The notes below the pieces were generated by a model, which did no database searches, was not told where the DNA came from, and worked only from the letters and a program-made list of their open reading frames with translations. Both the position numbers and the translations under genes were made by a program. This document shows positions 6,813-16,255 of a stretch of DNA of 45,008 nucleotides, piece by piece (positions within the stretch are counted from its first letter, which is position 1; every line of letters starts with the position of its first letter). This DNA is from a virus (taxonomy: Duplodnaviria; Caudoviricetes), in IMG/VR virus record IMGVR_UViG_3300038492_000072, positions 1 to 45,008 of that record. One strand, 5' to 3'.

Positions 6813-8440
6813 AACTCGATTACTTTGAGAACACGGGCAATTATGTTCTTTACAAAGACAAACGAGAAACCGACTTAGACCTGTCGACACTTCGGGACTT
6901 GCATGGTTTTGACCACAGCTTGAAGATGTCAACAGGCAGTCAGGACGTGTTTTACACTCCTGACATGTACTGCGCGGCGACGTTCGCTAGCGCAGCCACC
7001 CCGCGTGCATTCAACCGGCTAGAGGGCATAGTCAATGAAATCGAGCAATCGTGGCTCAAAGAGAGTGGCGCCCATATTGACACACCACAAGACAAGGAAC
7101 TTTGGCCCTTTCAAGTGGCAGGCGTGGAATATGCACTCCGGCGTAAAAATACGCTCATTGGCGATCAACCTGGGCTGGGAAAGACGGCTCAAGCTGTCTG
7201 TATCGCGAATGAAATGCGAGCAAAGAAAGTGCTTGTCATTTGCCCGGCTAATATTCGCCTTCAATGGGCCAAAGCGATCCGAGAGTGGTCAACGCGAACG
7301 GATAAATACATCATTTACCCTATCCTTAAATCGGCGAACGGTGTCCACCCAAGGGCAGACTGGACGATAATTTCCTATGACCTGGCGCGCGGTGAGGTCA
7401 TTCATGAGCTATTGATGCAGCATACCTATGACTTATGCGTCATAGATGAGGCACACTATCTGAAAACCCCTTCGGCCAAGCGCACCGTGGCTATCTTTGG
7501 GAATAGTATCACACAGGGCCTAAGCGAGCGCTGTGGGGCCGTTGTGGGCCTGACCGGCACACCATTACCCAATCGGCCCCAAGAGTGCTACACGCTCACG
7601 AGAGCCATGTGTTGGGACGCTATAGACTGGATGTCAGAAGAACAGTTTTCCGCTCGCTACAACCCCCGTGAAGTGGTGGAGAAGTGGGACGCCAACAAGA
7701 ACAAGACAATCCGCTACAGTCAAGAGGCAACCGGGCGCCTGCCCGAGTTACAAAACCGGTTGAGATCAAATTTCATGGTCCGGCGCAAAAAGCGCGACGT
7801 GATGACCCAGTTGCCAGCCGTGAGCCACGAGATTGTGTATGTGGAGGAAACTGGCGCGGTCAAGCGTGCGCTCAAAGCCGAAAGTATGCTCGATATTGAC
7901 CCCACGGACCTGTCAAACACCGGGGATTTCTTCGGCGAGATTGCGACCATCCGCCGCGAAATGGGTGTGGCTACTGCGCCCGGCGTGGCGGACTATGTGG
8001 ACATGCTCTTGGCCGGAGGGGTCGACAAAGTGCTTGTGCTGGCGTGGCATCATGAGGTCATGGACATCTTGCAAACTAAGCTGGAGAAGTGGGGTGTTAT
8101 CCGCATTGACGGCAAGGTGTCGGCGGCCAGGAAAGAAATTTTTAAGAACAGGTTTATTGACATTCCCGATCAACGGGTGTTAATTGGGCAACTTCAATCC
8201 ATAGGGACGGGCACGGACGGAATACAGTTAGTTTGTTCACGTGCGGTGTTTGCCGAATGTGACTGGGTGCCCGGAAATAACTTTGACCAAGGCGTGGGGC
8301 GGCTTGATCGCGGTGGTCAGACTGACCCCGTCTTGGCGGAGTTCTTAATGGCGCAGGGCTCGTTTATTGAGAAGATCATGAAATCAGCCCTGGAGAAGTT
8401 GGTAAACATTAACGGCGCTCTTGACAAAGAACATTTTTGA
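6809..8440 (+). CDS. SNF2-family (SF2) helicase/annealing ATPase
   Basis: LWPFQ, GDQPGLGKT, VIDEAH, LTGTP, RRKK, RIDG, GRLDRGGQ motifs. Confidence 0.93.
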   Translation: MKLDYFENTGNYVLYKDKRETDLDLSTLRDLHGFDHSLKMSTGSQDVFYTPDMYCAATFASAATPRAFNRLEGIVNEIEQSWLKESGAHIDTPQDKELWPFQVAGVEYALRRKNTLIGDQPGLGKTAQAVCIANEMRAKKVLVICPANIRLQWAKAIREWSTRTDKYIIYPILKSANGVHPRADWTIISYDLARGEVIHELLMQHTYDLCVIDEAHYLKTPSAKRTVAIFGNSITQGLSERCGAVVGLTGTPLPNRPQECYTLTRAMCWDAIDWMSEEQFSARYNPREVVEKWDANKNKTIRYSQEATGRLPELQNRLRSNFMVRRKKRDVMTQLPAVSHEIVYVEETGAVKRALKAESMLDIDPTDLSNTGDFFGEIATIRREMGVATAPGVADYVDMLLAGGVDKVLVLAWHHEVMDILQTKLEKWGVIRIDGKVSAARKEIFKNRFIDIPDQRVLIGQLQSIGTGTDGIQLVCSRAVFAECDWVPGNNFDQGVGRLDRGGQTDPVLAEFLMAQGSFIEKIMKSALEKLVNINGALDKEHF

Positions 8441-8565
8441 TGAGACACCAATGGATACAAGTAGGACACAGACGGTGGTGCACAAATTGTGATGCGTTCC
8501 AATCTTATGGGCGCCCGACTGTGGGACAATGTAACCAAAAATGGCTAAAGTACAGGAGATGTGAC

Positions 8566-9225
8566 ATGCCTAAAATTACCCGCGCCGAAGTGACTTTTGA
8601 GCGCACTGTAAATGACGGTAACTATAACAGCCGGAAAGCTGGTGCGGTTATCGGATACGCTTTCGAACCAAATGAAGACGTGGATCCAGACCAAGCACTG
8701 GTTGATTTGGAAACCTATGCGAAAAACTCAGTTGCACGCTCTTTGGAGCAGCAGAAAGCCGAAATGGAAGCAGCTAAATCTGCTGCGGCTCCAGAACCGG
8801 CCAAAGAAGCGGCCAAACCAAAGCGTAAACGTCGCACAAAGGCTGAAATTGAGGCAGATAAAGCAGCCGAAGAAGCAGCACAAAATGAAGCTCAAGCTGC
8901 GGCTGACGAAGAATTTAGGCTGGACGACGAGCCGGAGCAAAACATCAAAGCGAACCCCGAAGACCGTCAAGATCCTGACGAACAAGAAATTGATTTTGGT
9001 GACGACGAACCGGTCGAAGAAATCCCAGTGGCAGACCTCAATAAAGCTGCCAATGCGGCCGTCAATCGGATCGTTGACAAGTCCGGCGTTCAACGTGCCA
9101 AAGCAGGCGAGCAGGTGAAAGACATCATCGCTCAACACCGTAAAGACGGCAAGCGCGGCAATATCGTTGATGTCCCGGTCGAAAAACGGTCAGACCTATT
9201 GGCGGCTTTGGAAGCTGCGGAGTAA
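8566..9225 (+). CDS. Acidic/low-complexity protein of the replication-recombination module
   Basis: SD AGGAG before ATG8566; Ala/Glu-rich with a KRKRRTKAEIE patch; position upstream of DUF2800 is typical of APSE-like modules. Confidence 0.75.
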   Translation: MPKITRAEVTFERTVNDGNYNSRKAGAVIGYAFEPNEDVDPDQALVDLETYAKNSVARSLEQQKAEMEAAKSAAAPEPAKEAAKPKRKRRTKAEIEADKAAEEAAQNEAQAAADEEFRLDDEPEQNIKANPEDRQDPDEQEIDFGDDEPVEEIPVADLNKAANAAVNRIVDKSGVQRAKAGEQVKDIIAQHRKDGKRGNIVDVPVEKRSDLLAALEAAE

Positions 9226-9241
9226 GTTGTGCACGCGGCTT

Positions 9242-9273
9242 TGGGCGGGTGCCGGGCTCAAGAAACCCGCCCA
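9242..9273 (+). other. GC-rich intergenic hairpin
   Basis: 9-bp stem TGGGCGGGT/ACCCGCCCA; no U-tract. Confidence 0.5.
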
Positions 9274-9290
9274 TGTAATTGGAGAATGTC

Positions 9291-9608
9291 ATGGTTAGCG
9301 ATAGATTTTACACGGACGGACCTCACCAGAATGAACCACCTATTACTGAGTTACAGGAGAGAGTTCTGGCTGACTTGGAAAACGCGGGATTGCCACAGTG
9401 GCTTTATGATGCTGTCATTGACATTATAAACCAGTATGAAGATTGGCTTGACGCAACAGGTGGAGAACCTGGTAGGGAAGCTAACGCAACAGAAAAATTT
9501 TCTATATTGACGAGACAGTATAAAAGGTCATCCAAAAAGCAAATGGTCTATTGCCCCCGTTGCGATGATATGGAAGAAGTCGGAAGCTCATGTGCGGAGA
9601 ACTACTGA
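9291..9608 (+). CDS. Hypothetical protein
   Basis: SD GGAG; C-terminal CPRC. Confidence 0.65.
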   Translation: MVSDRFYTDGPHQNEPPITELQERVLADLENAGLPQWLYDAVIDIINQYEDWLDATGGEPGREANATEKFSILTRQYKRSSKKQMVYCPRCDDMEEVGSSCAENY

Positions 9609-9609
9609 C

Positions 9610-10818
9610 ATGCCAGGACAACATAAAAGACTGAGCGCGTCGGGCGCCGAAAGATATATCGAGTGCAGTGCCTCCATCACCATGTTTGAGCGCCTGTTTC
9701 CAGACTATAACTCGGATGACGACGAGGAGGAATGGTCTGCCGAAGGGACTTGCGCACACGAGGGCGCGGCTAAATGTCTTATTGAAGGTCTGGACGGCTG
9801 GGAGGTCATCGGCGAGAAACTCTACAAAGACATTGAGTTTAACGACGAAATGTCCATTGGGGTGCAAGAGTACATTGACTATGTCCGGCAAATGTCCGAA
9901 GGCGCCAATCGAGACGTTGAAATCACCGTCGACAATATGAGCGTACACAAGGATTTTGGCGGGTCTACGGACTGCTGCATACACAATTTAGTGCGCAGCA
10001 AAGATGGCCTTCAAATGTCCGGCTTTGTCCACATTATTGATTTTAAGTATGGGGCTGGCATCGCCCGAGAGCCCGATGACCCACAGTTGAAGTATTATGC
10101 ATTCGGCGCAATCTTAAACCTCGCAACGCTCGGCGAACTTGACCCTGAAACTAACGTCGGGCTGACAATTGTGCAGCCACGCGCCTTCCACAAGGACGGC
10201 ACCATCCGAGAAAAATGGATGACAGTCAAAGAAATTGTCAGTTGGGCCGAAGAAACCCTAATCCCCGCCATGCACGCGGTCGACGGACCCAACCCAAACC
10301 TAAAAGCGGGTGAGTGGTGCCGGTTCTGCCCTGGTAAGATCGCCTGCCCGGCCCTGCATGGCGCGTTCAAAGCTATGATGAACGCAGACCCCCGTAAAGC
10401 TCAAACACTCACAAACGAGCAATTGGCCCTAGAGAAAGAGGCTTTCGAGGTTGTCAAGATGTACGGCAAAGCTCTGGACAAGGAGGTTTATGCACGTATA
10501 CAGAAGGGTCAGAAGGTGCCGGGATTTGCACTAGGCCCGAAAAGAGCCGACCGCGTGTTTAAAGACAAGCAAGAAATCAAAGGTAAGGAAATCAAGTTTA
10601 AAGATGCTGCGGCCAAGGCATTTGGGGATAAGGCGTTCCAAGATCGGAAATATCTGACACCCCCAAACATGGAGAAGCTACCTGGCGGTAGCAAGTTCGT
10701 GAAGCAGTGGGCCTATAAACCATACAATGGGGACACGGTGGTCAAAGATGATGGTTCGCGGCAAACCACCAAAGTTGAAACCCATGTTGAAGCATTTAAA
10801 GGAGTGAAAAAGGCATGA
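9610..10818 (+). CDS. DUF2800 / Cas4-like PD-(D/E)XK exonuclease
   Basis: HKRLSASGAERYIEC, EGTCAH, GSTD, IIDFKYG, QLKYYA, IVQPR, CRFCP...CP. Confidence 0.9.
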   Translation: MPGQHKRLSASGAERYIECSASITMFERLFPDYNSDDDEEEWSAEGTCAHEGAAKCLIEGLDGWEVIGEKLYKDIEFNDEMSIGVQEYIDYVRQMSEGANRDVEITVDNMSVHKDFGGSTDCCIHNLVRSKDGLQMSGFVHIIDFKYGAGIAREPDDPQLKYYAFGAILNLATLGELDPETNVGLTIVQPRAFHKDGTIREKWMTVKEIVSWAEETLIPAMHAVDGPNPNLKAGEWCRFCPGKIACPALHGAFKAMMNADPRKAQTLTNEQLALEKEAFEVVKMYGKALDKEVYARIQKGQKVPGFALGPKRADRVFKDKQEIKGKEIKFKDAAAKAFGDKAFQDRKYLTPPNMEKLPGGSKFVKQWAYKPYNGDTVVKDDGSRQTTKVETHVEAFKGVKKA

Positions 10819-10961
10819 GGAAAATGTCTGGTTTGTTTTATGTGTATAGACCCAATTGGCGGAATTGGTCTGTTGGGTTTGTCTTTGGGCACAAGTGGGT
10901 GTTATTCCAGTTTGGGCCGTTCGCCATTGACTGCAATTGGAGTGATAATATTTTTGATTGA
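10815..10961 (+). CDS. 48-aa aromatic-rich hypothetical protein
   Basis: ATGA overlap, SD GGAG; MRKMSGLFYVYRPNWRNWSVGFVFGHKWVLFQFGPFAIDCNWSDNIFD. Confidence 0.55.
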   Translation: MRKMSGLFYVYRPNWRNWSVGFVFGHKWVLFQFGPFAIDCNWSDNIFD

Positions 10962-11033
10962 CACCGTCCGATAAATGTATGAGTATTTCGGACTATCTAT
11001 TGACCCCATTGATCTCATTGAAAGGAGATTGAC

Positions 11034-11729
11034 ATGTCAGACGACCGTAAAGGTATTGTTCGGATTGGTTTTGAAGACCCGATCCAAGTAGTTTTCCCCC
11101 AACTTCATGAACCAAAGCGCGTTAAAAACCGCAATGGTGAGGAAACCGGGGAACCCAAATACAGCATCACGTTCTTGATCCCTGCTACCCACCCCGACCT
11201 TAAAGTGTTGGCGACAACTGTTGCGAAAGTTTTCAGGGCGAAATTCCCTGACGCTAAGCTTCCATCTAACCTCTCTGGGTTTTGGGCGAAAGACCGTGAA
11301 TACGCTTGGCCTTTCACTAAAGGTGAAGATGAAATCGAGCGCCTCAAGAAAAAAGCAGAGAAGGCGGGCAAAACCCCCCGAGACAATGAGTTCTACAAGG
11401 GCATGATTTTGGTCAAGGCCCGGAGCAACTATCAACCAAGCGTACTGGATGTTCGTCCTGCCACGCCTGTTGAAATCAAAGAGCCAGACGGCATCAAGTC
11501 ATTGATCTATTCTGGTGCTTATGTTGCGTCGGAACTCAACGCCAATGCGTATCAGGGCACTCGTGACGACGACAAAGACGGCGCCAACTTCTATTTGAAC
11601 GCGGTTGCTTTTGTTAAGTCCGGGGATCGCCTGACTGGTGTGAACCATGCTGAAACTTTCCGTGCCGTGAAAGGTAAGTCTACTGACGAAGACCCAACCG
11701 GTGGTGCGGAAGAAGAAATTCAATTCTAG
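11034..11729 (+). CDS. ssb: Single-stranded DNA-binding protein (DUF2815 / T7 gp2.5-like)
   Basis: FPQLHEP, KYSITFLIP, IYSGAY, GANFYLNAVAFVKSGDRL; acidic tail ending in F. Confidence 0.88.
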   Translation: MSDDRKGIVRIGFEDPIQVVFPQLHEPKRVKNRNGEETGEPKYSITFLIPATHPDLKVLATTVAKVFRAKFPDAKLPSNLSGFWAKDREYAWPFTKGEDEIERLKKKAEKAGKTPRDNEFYKGMILVKARSNYQPSVLDVRPATPVEIKEPDGIKSLIYSGAYVASELNANAYQGTRDDDKDGANFYLNAVAFVKSGDRLTGVNHAETFRAVKGKSTDEDPTGGAEEEIQF

Positions 11730-11794
11730 TTCCTCCTATAGCTAGAATTGCTGGGGGCGGGATGTGGCCCTAGTACTGCCCGCCCCCAACTTTT
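11721..11794 (+). terminator. Double hairpin / intrinsic terminator after ssb
   Basis: CAATTCTAG/CTAGAATTG stem, then TGGGGGCGGG/CCCGCCCCCA stem followed by ACTTTT. Confidence 0.55.
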
Positions 11795-11830
11795 ACCGGT
11801 TACTTCCGATAAACAGAAGTTATGCGCTAA

Positions 11831-13810
11831 ATGGCATACGTCCTAATAGACTTCGAAACTCAAAGCTACGCTGACCTTCCTAAAGTCGGCGCATGGGTTT
11901 ACGCGCAACACCCAACCACACGAGTGCTGTGCATGGGCTACTCAGAAGATGGCGGCGACCCCAAGCTGTGGGTGGACGGCGACCCTCCCCCCGAGTGGGT
12001 CAACCGGCTCGATGAAATCACCATAGTCTGTCACAATGCCGGGTTTGAGAAAGCGATTTGGGAATGGGTCATGGTCAAACAACTCGGCTGGCCCCCCGTT
12101 CAAAAGTGGTATGACACCATGGCAACTTGTGCTCGCAAGGTTTTGCCCCTCAAGCTGGAGCGCGCGGCGGCTGTGCTGGGCCTCAAACAACAAAAAGATA
12201 TGGAAGGCGCCAAGGCCCTAAAGCGCATGACACAGCCCGACAAGCACGGCAACTTCGACATGCGCCCGGAGACGGTCAAGATCGGGTTCAACTATTGCCG
12301 CCAGGACATCCGCACTGAGGTGGAACTACTGCAAGTGACCGGCCGGTTGAGCCCGGACGAAATGCGGGTCTGGGAAATGGACCAGCAGATAAACTATCGC
12401 GGGGTGCAGATTGACATACCATTTGTTAGAGCGTGTCAAACCATCGCCGATCAAGCCTTAATCCCTTTGGCCAAAGATTTTGCGAACATCACGGGCGGGC
12501 TGCGCGCAACTCAGCGCCAGAAGTTTTTAGATTTGTTGCACAAAATGGGCGCCCCAATGCCCAACCTCAAAAAAGAAACTGTTGAGGAAACTCTTGAAGA
12601 TCAAATGATACCCGAAACGGAGATAGTTATATCTGACGAGGTGGATCACCTTCTCCGTATGCGAACCAAACTAACTGCCACCAGTCTAGCGAAGCTGGAC
12701 CGCATGGCAGAGTGTGCGGGAGCGGACGGCCGGGCGCACAACCTCCTACAATATCACGGCGCGGGCACTGGGCGATGGTCCGGCCGCATGATACAGCCAC
12801 AGAATTTCCCCCGTGGTAAGTTTAACGCGCCGCCCGACGACATCATCACGGCTATCATGACGGAGGATGCTGAGTATGTGTCAATGTTATATGGTTGTCC
12901 CATTGACACCATCACGACCGGATTACGACACGCTATCACTTCGGCACCGGGCAAACTACTCGTGGTGCGAGACTTCTCAACAATTGAAGCTCGTATCGTC
13001 CTTGCCCTTGCCGGACAACACGACAAAGTCGAACTCCTTAGACGAGGGGATTGCATTTACTGTGCTATGGGGACGGAAATATATGACTTCCCGGTTGAAA
13101 AGAGGATAGCTAAAGACGATACGCACGCTGACTATAAGAAACATGCGGAAGCCCGGCAAGACGGAAAGAACGCTGTGTTAGGCTTGGGTTTCCAAATGGG
13201 GCACCCGAAGTTCCGTGCACGGTACGCCAAAAAGAAATCGGTTGAGTTTGCGCAAGACGTGGTCGCAACCTATCGTGAAGAATTTGCACCGTGCGTTCCT
13301 AAGTTGTGGGCCGGGCTGGAGGAAGCTGCCCTAAATGCAGCATGGGAAGGCGGTGCACATGAGGCGTTTGGCGTGGTCTACCAAGTGGTCGGCAAGTTCA
13401 TGACCGCCCGCCTGCCGTCCGGCCGCGTCCTCTACTATTATGACCCCCGCCCCATCAAAAAACACATGCCCTGGTCGACACCAGAACGGCCGGTCATTCG
13501 GCGCGCCTGGAGCTACAAAGCGACCAAGACAGGCAAATGGGTCACGTGTGACGCCTACGGGGGCCTCCTAACCGAGAATGTTGTCCAAGCTCTGGCCCGC
13601 GATCTTATGGTGAACGGCATGTTTAAAGCCGAAGAAAACGGTTTCCCTATTGTACTTACTGTGCACGATGAACTTGTCTGTGAGGTTGAAACCAGTCGGG
13701 CTGACGACAAAGTTTTAGGTGATATGATGGCGGATGTCCCTAAATGGGCACAAGATTTGCAGATACCAATCGCGACCGAAGGTTTTGTTGGGGAAAGATA
13801 TAAGAAGTAG
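11831..13810 (+). CDS. polA: Family A DNA polymerase with 3'-5' exonuclease
   Basis: Exo motifs DFET and HNAGFE; TGRWSG..QPQNFPR; motif A DFSTIEAR, motif B RQDGKNAVLGLGF, motif C TVHDE. Confidence 0.96.
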   Translation: MAYVLIDFETQSYADLPKVGAWVYAQHPTTRVLCMGYSEDGGDPKLWVDGDPPPEWVNRLDEITIVCHNAGFEKAIWEWVMVKQLGWPPVQKWYDTMATCARKVLPLKLERAAAVLGLKQQKDMEGAKALKRMTQPDKHGNFDMRPETVKIGFNYCRQDIRTEVELLQVTGRLSPDEMRVWEMDQQINYRGVQIDIPFVRACQTIADQALIPLAKDFANITGGLRATQRQKFLDLLHKMGAPMPNLKKETVEETLEDQMIPETEIVISDEVDHLLRMRTKLTATSLAKLDRMAECAGADGRAHNLLQYHGAGTGRWSGRMIQPQNFPRGKFNAPPDDIITAIMTEDAEYVSMLYGCPIDTITTGLRHAITSAPGKLLVVRDFSTIEARIVLALAGQHDKVELLRRGDCIYCAMGTEIYDFPVEKRIAKDDTHADYKKHAEARQDGKNAVLGLGFQMGHPKFRARYAKKKSVEFAQDVVATYREEFAPCVPKLWAGLEEAALNAAWEGGAHEAFGVVYQVVGKFMTARLPSGRVLYYYDPRPIKKHMPWSTPERPVIRRAWSYKATKTGKWVTCDAYGGLLTENVVQALARDLMVNGMFKAEENGFPIVLTVHDELVCEVETSRADDKVLGDMMADVPKWAQDLQIPIATEGFVGERYKK

Positions 13811-13814
13811 AGAT

Positions 13815-14228
13815 ATGGCACACAGTGAGGCAGGAAAGAAGTGGAGAAGGGAGTGGGCGAAGAACAACAGAGACAAGCTTCGCAATAACCTACGTAAATG
13901 GCGTTCTGAAAATTTAGGGAAACATTTGGTTACTGGCGCCAGAAATAGGGCTAAAAGAAACGGCCTACCATTTAACCTACCTCCAGACTATTTTGAGACC
14001 TTGCCGTCGGCTTGTACTTATTGTGCGGTTGAATTAAAAATGCAACATGGGCCGCGAAAGAATTGTTCACCATCAATAGATAGGGTAGACCCGAACATGG
14101 GTTATGTGGTAGGAAATGTTGTGATCTCTTGTTGGAAGTGTAACAGGTGGAAGCAAAACATGTCTCCGTCAGACCTTCGAAAGCTCGCTAACGCTGTTAC
14201 CGAAGTTGAAAGGAAATTGCGTGGCTAA
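13815..14228 (+). CDS. HNH-like homing endonuclease
   Basis: CTYC...SPSIDRVDPNMGYVVGNVVISCWKCNRWK. Confidence 0.85.
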   Translation: MAHSEAGKKWRREWAKNNRDKLRNNLRKWRSENLGKHLVTGARNRAKRNGLPFNLPPDYFETLPSACTYCAVELKMQHGPRKNCSPSIDRVDPNMGYVVGNVVISCWKCNRWKQNMSPSDLRKLANAVTEVERKLRG

Positions 14229-14565
14229 TAAGAAAATCAACAGTCGAAACAAAGGTGCGGCTGGCGAGCGCGAGTTTGCTAACGTACTCTGCGGCCATGG
14301 GCTCGATGCGAACCGGGGTCAACAACACGCGGGCGGGGCTGACAGTCCTGACGTGGTGTGCGAACCACTCGACGACATTCACTTCGAAGTCAAGCGCGTT
14401 GAGGCTGGCAGTATTTATAAGTGGCTACAGCAAGCAAAGAACGACGCAGGCGATGCAAAGATGCCGGTTGTTGCACACCGTCGCAGCCGCGAGGATTGGG
14501 TGGTCATTCTGTCCCTTGAAGATTTCATCAACATACTGAAATATCATTACCCAGTAGGAGAATAG
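14221..14565 (+). CDS. Holliday junction resolvase (PD-(D/E)XK type)
   Basis: NSRNKGAAGERE...RGQQ...PDV...HFEVKR...QA..DA...PVVAHRR. Confidence 0.85.
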   Translation: MANKKINSRNKGAAGEREFANVLCGHGLDANRGQQHAGGADSPDVVCEPLDDIHFEVKRVEAGSIYKWLQQAKNDAGDAKMPVVAHRRSREDWVVILSLEDFINILKYHYPVGE

Positions 14566-14566
14566 C

Positions 14567-16255
14567 ATGGCAACCCTGACACCAAAAAAGGCTGCATCAC
14601 TGATTAAGAAACACGGAGGTGTTAAAGCTGCCTCCCGTAACTCAGAATGGGGATACAACCAGTTGCAGCGCACTTATAAGAAGGCAGTTGCCGAAGGGAT
14701 CATGGAGCCAATCAACGTGGGTATCAAACCACGAGAGACATTGACTGGAAAGACACAAGCGCCAACTGCTCGTCGGGCAAACGCGGGCACAATTAAAGCG
14801 AAACGCATCATCAAAGAGAAGGTGCCTTCACGGGGCGAAGTGCGCCGATACATCCTGACATGCGCGCAGAACGACACCAAAGTGCACCCCGAGTTTTGGG
14901 ACAACCTCACTCTGTATGCGGACCACTTGGACGCAGAACTTATGGTAGCTCGCATCACCTATGACAAGAAGGGGTGGGACTTCCATGGTGGGCAGTCCAA
15001 GTCCGGCAACCGAACTAACCAGAAGAAAGGTGAAATGACTTGGGACCCCAAGGTTGAACCTTATCTCTGTGATAACCGAGTTGCTCTGGCCCCCGGTCTC
15101 GTTTGGGTGGGTGACATTGACATGAACCCGACGGCGGCAAACCCCCTCAGTGGGCTGACCACCTTCACCGGCCGGGCGACTGGCATTTTCCCCCACCCCC
15201 AAATCGCGCTGGAGAGTGTGTCGTCCCTGGGTGAAGACCCCACTAAATTTAACATGACGACCGGCACCGTCACCCTACGCAATTATATCTTGCGCAAGAC
15301 AGGGCAGATTGCCGACCACCATCACAACTATGCCGCCCTCATTGTTGAAGTCGATAGCGCGGGCAACTGGTATCCCCGCCACTTGGTTGCCGATAGCACG
15401 GGCTGCTTTTATGATTTAAACGTGCAGGTAAAGAACGGTGAGGTTACGGGCGGGCACCGGGTTGAACATATTTACTGGGCCGATGGCCATGACGTGGAGG
15501 CTGACCCCGAAATGGTGGAGTTGGCTTTCGGTGAAGGCGGGATCAAAGACGAACTCCGGCCGAAGAAAGAAAGTATCGGGGACATTATCAGCTTCAAGTC
15601 ACGGTCTCACCACGAAATGAAAAACCCCCACAAGATGTTTTTGCGCAAGGTGCAGGGGCTCGGCGATGTCCAAGAAGAATTGCTGAGTTCGGCACGGTTC
15701 ATTGCTAAGATGGTGAACCAGCGCGATTGGTGTAAGACATCATTGGTGTACGGAAATCACGAACAGCACATTGCTCGGTGGTTGCAAGAGCACAACGTAG
15801 CGCGAGACCCGACGAACGCCCTATTCGGATCACGGTTGCAGGCTTCGGTCTTCGATCACATACAGAAGCACGGCGAAGAACCCAACATCTTTCAACTGGC
15901 ACTCGACGTTGCCGGTGTGAAAATGCCGAAACATGTTCGTTTCCTGCTTGAAGACGAGAACGATATTGTTTGCGATGACGTGCAGGGCGGAATTGAAAAT
16001 GGTATGCACGGGCATCGCGGGCTGCGCGGCGCGAAAGCAACCATCAAGAGTTTGGGGAAACTGGGGCGCAAGGTGAACATCGGTGACAAGCACGGGTGTG
16101 GCATCTATCGTGGCGTTTACTGTGCAGGCACTTTCTCTTGGCAAGGATCAGACTGGACCCATGGCCCGAGTGATTGGTCTTGTTCTCACATTATCACCTA
16201 CCCGAACGGTAAGCGCACTCTGTTAATCTGCTGGAATGGAAAGGCATGGGCATGA
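14567..16255 (+). CDS. T5 A1-like protein (metallophosphoesterase-fold nuclease)
   Basis: Blocks recalled from T5 A1: RYILTCAQN, PTAANPLSG, TTGTVTLRNYI..KTGQ.A..HH, GNHE, HGH.G..G, SHIITYPNGKRTL. Confidence 0.8.
   Translation: MATLTPKKAASLIKKHGGVKAASRNSEWGYNQLQRTYKKAVAEGIMEPINVGIKPRETLTGKTQAPTARRANAGTIKAKRIIKEKVPSRGEVRRYILTCAQNDTKVHPEFWDNLTLYADHLDAELMVARITYDKKGWDFHGGQSKSGNRTNQKKGEMTWDPKVEPYLCDNRVALAPGLVWVGDIDMNPTAANPLSGLTTFTGRATGIFPHPQIALESVSSLGEDPTKFNMTTGTVTLRNYILRKTGQIADHHHNYAALIVEVDSAGNWYPRHLVADSTGCFYDLNVQVKNGEVTGGHRVEHIYWADGHDVEADPEMVELAFGEGGIKDELRPKKESIGDIISFKSRSHHEMKNPHKMFLRKVQGLGDVQEELLSSARFIAKMVNQRDWCKTSLVYGNHEQHIARWLQEHNVARDPTNALFGSRLQASVFDHIQKHGEEPNIFQLALDVAGVKMPKHVRFLLEDENDIVCDDVQGGIENGMHGHRGLRGAKATIKSLGKLGRKVNIGDKHGCGIYRGVYCAGTFSWQGSDWTHGPSDWSCSHIITYPNGKRTLLICWNGKAWA

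Noticed and set aside
8437-8565. Cys-rich N-terminal extension of the 8566 gene
   Set aside because: The strong SD lies before ATG8566; a longer isoform cannot be excluded but is unsupported.
9610-10818. CRISPR-Cas system suggested by the Cas4-like nuclease
   Set aside because: It is a standard phage DUF2800 in a replication module; no repeat-spacer array or other cas genes were seen.
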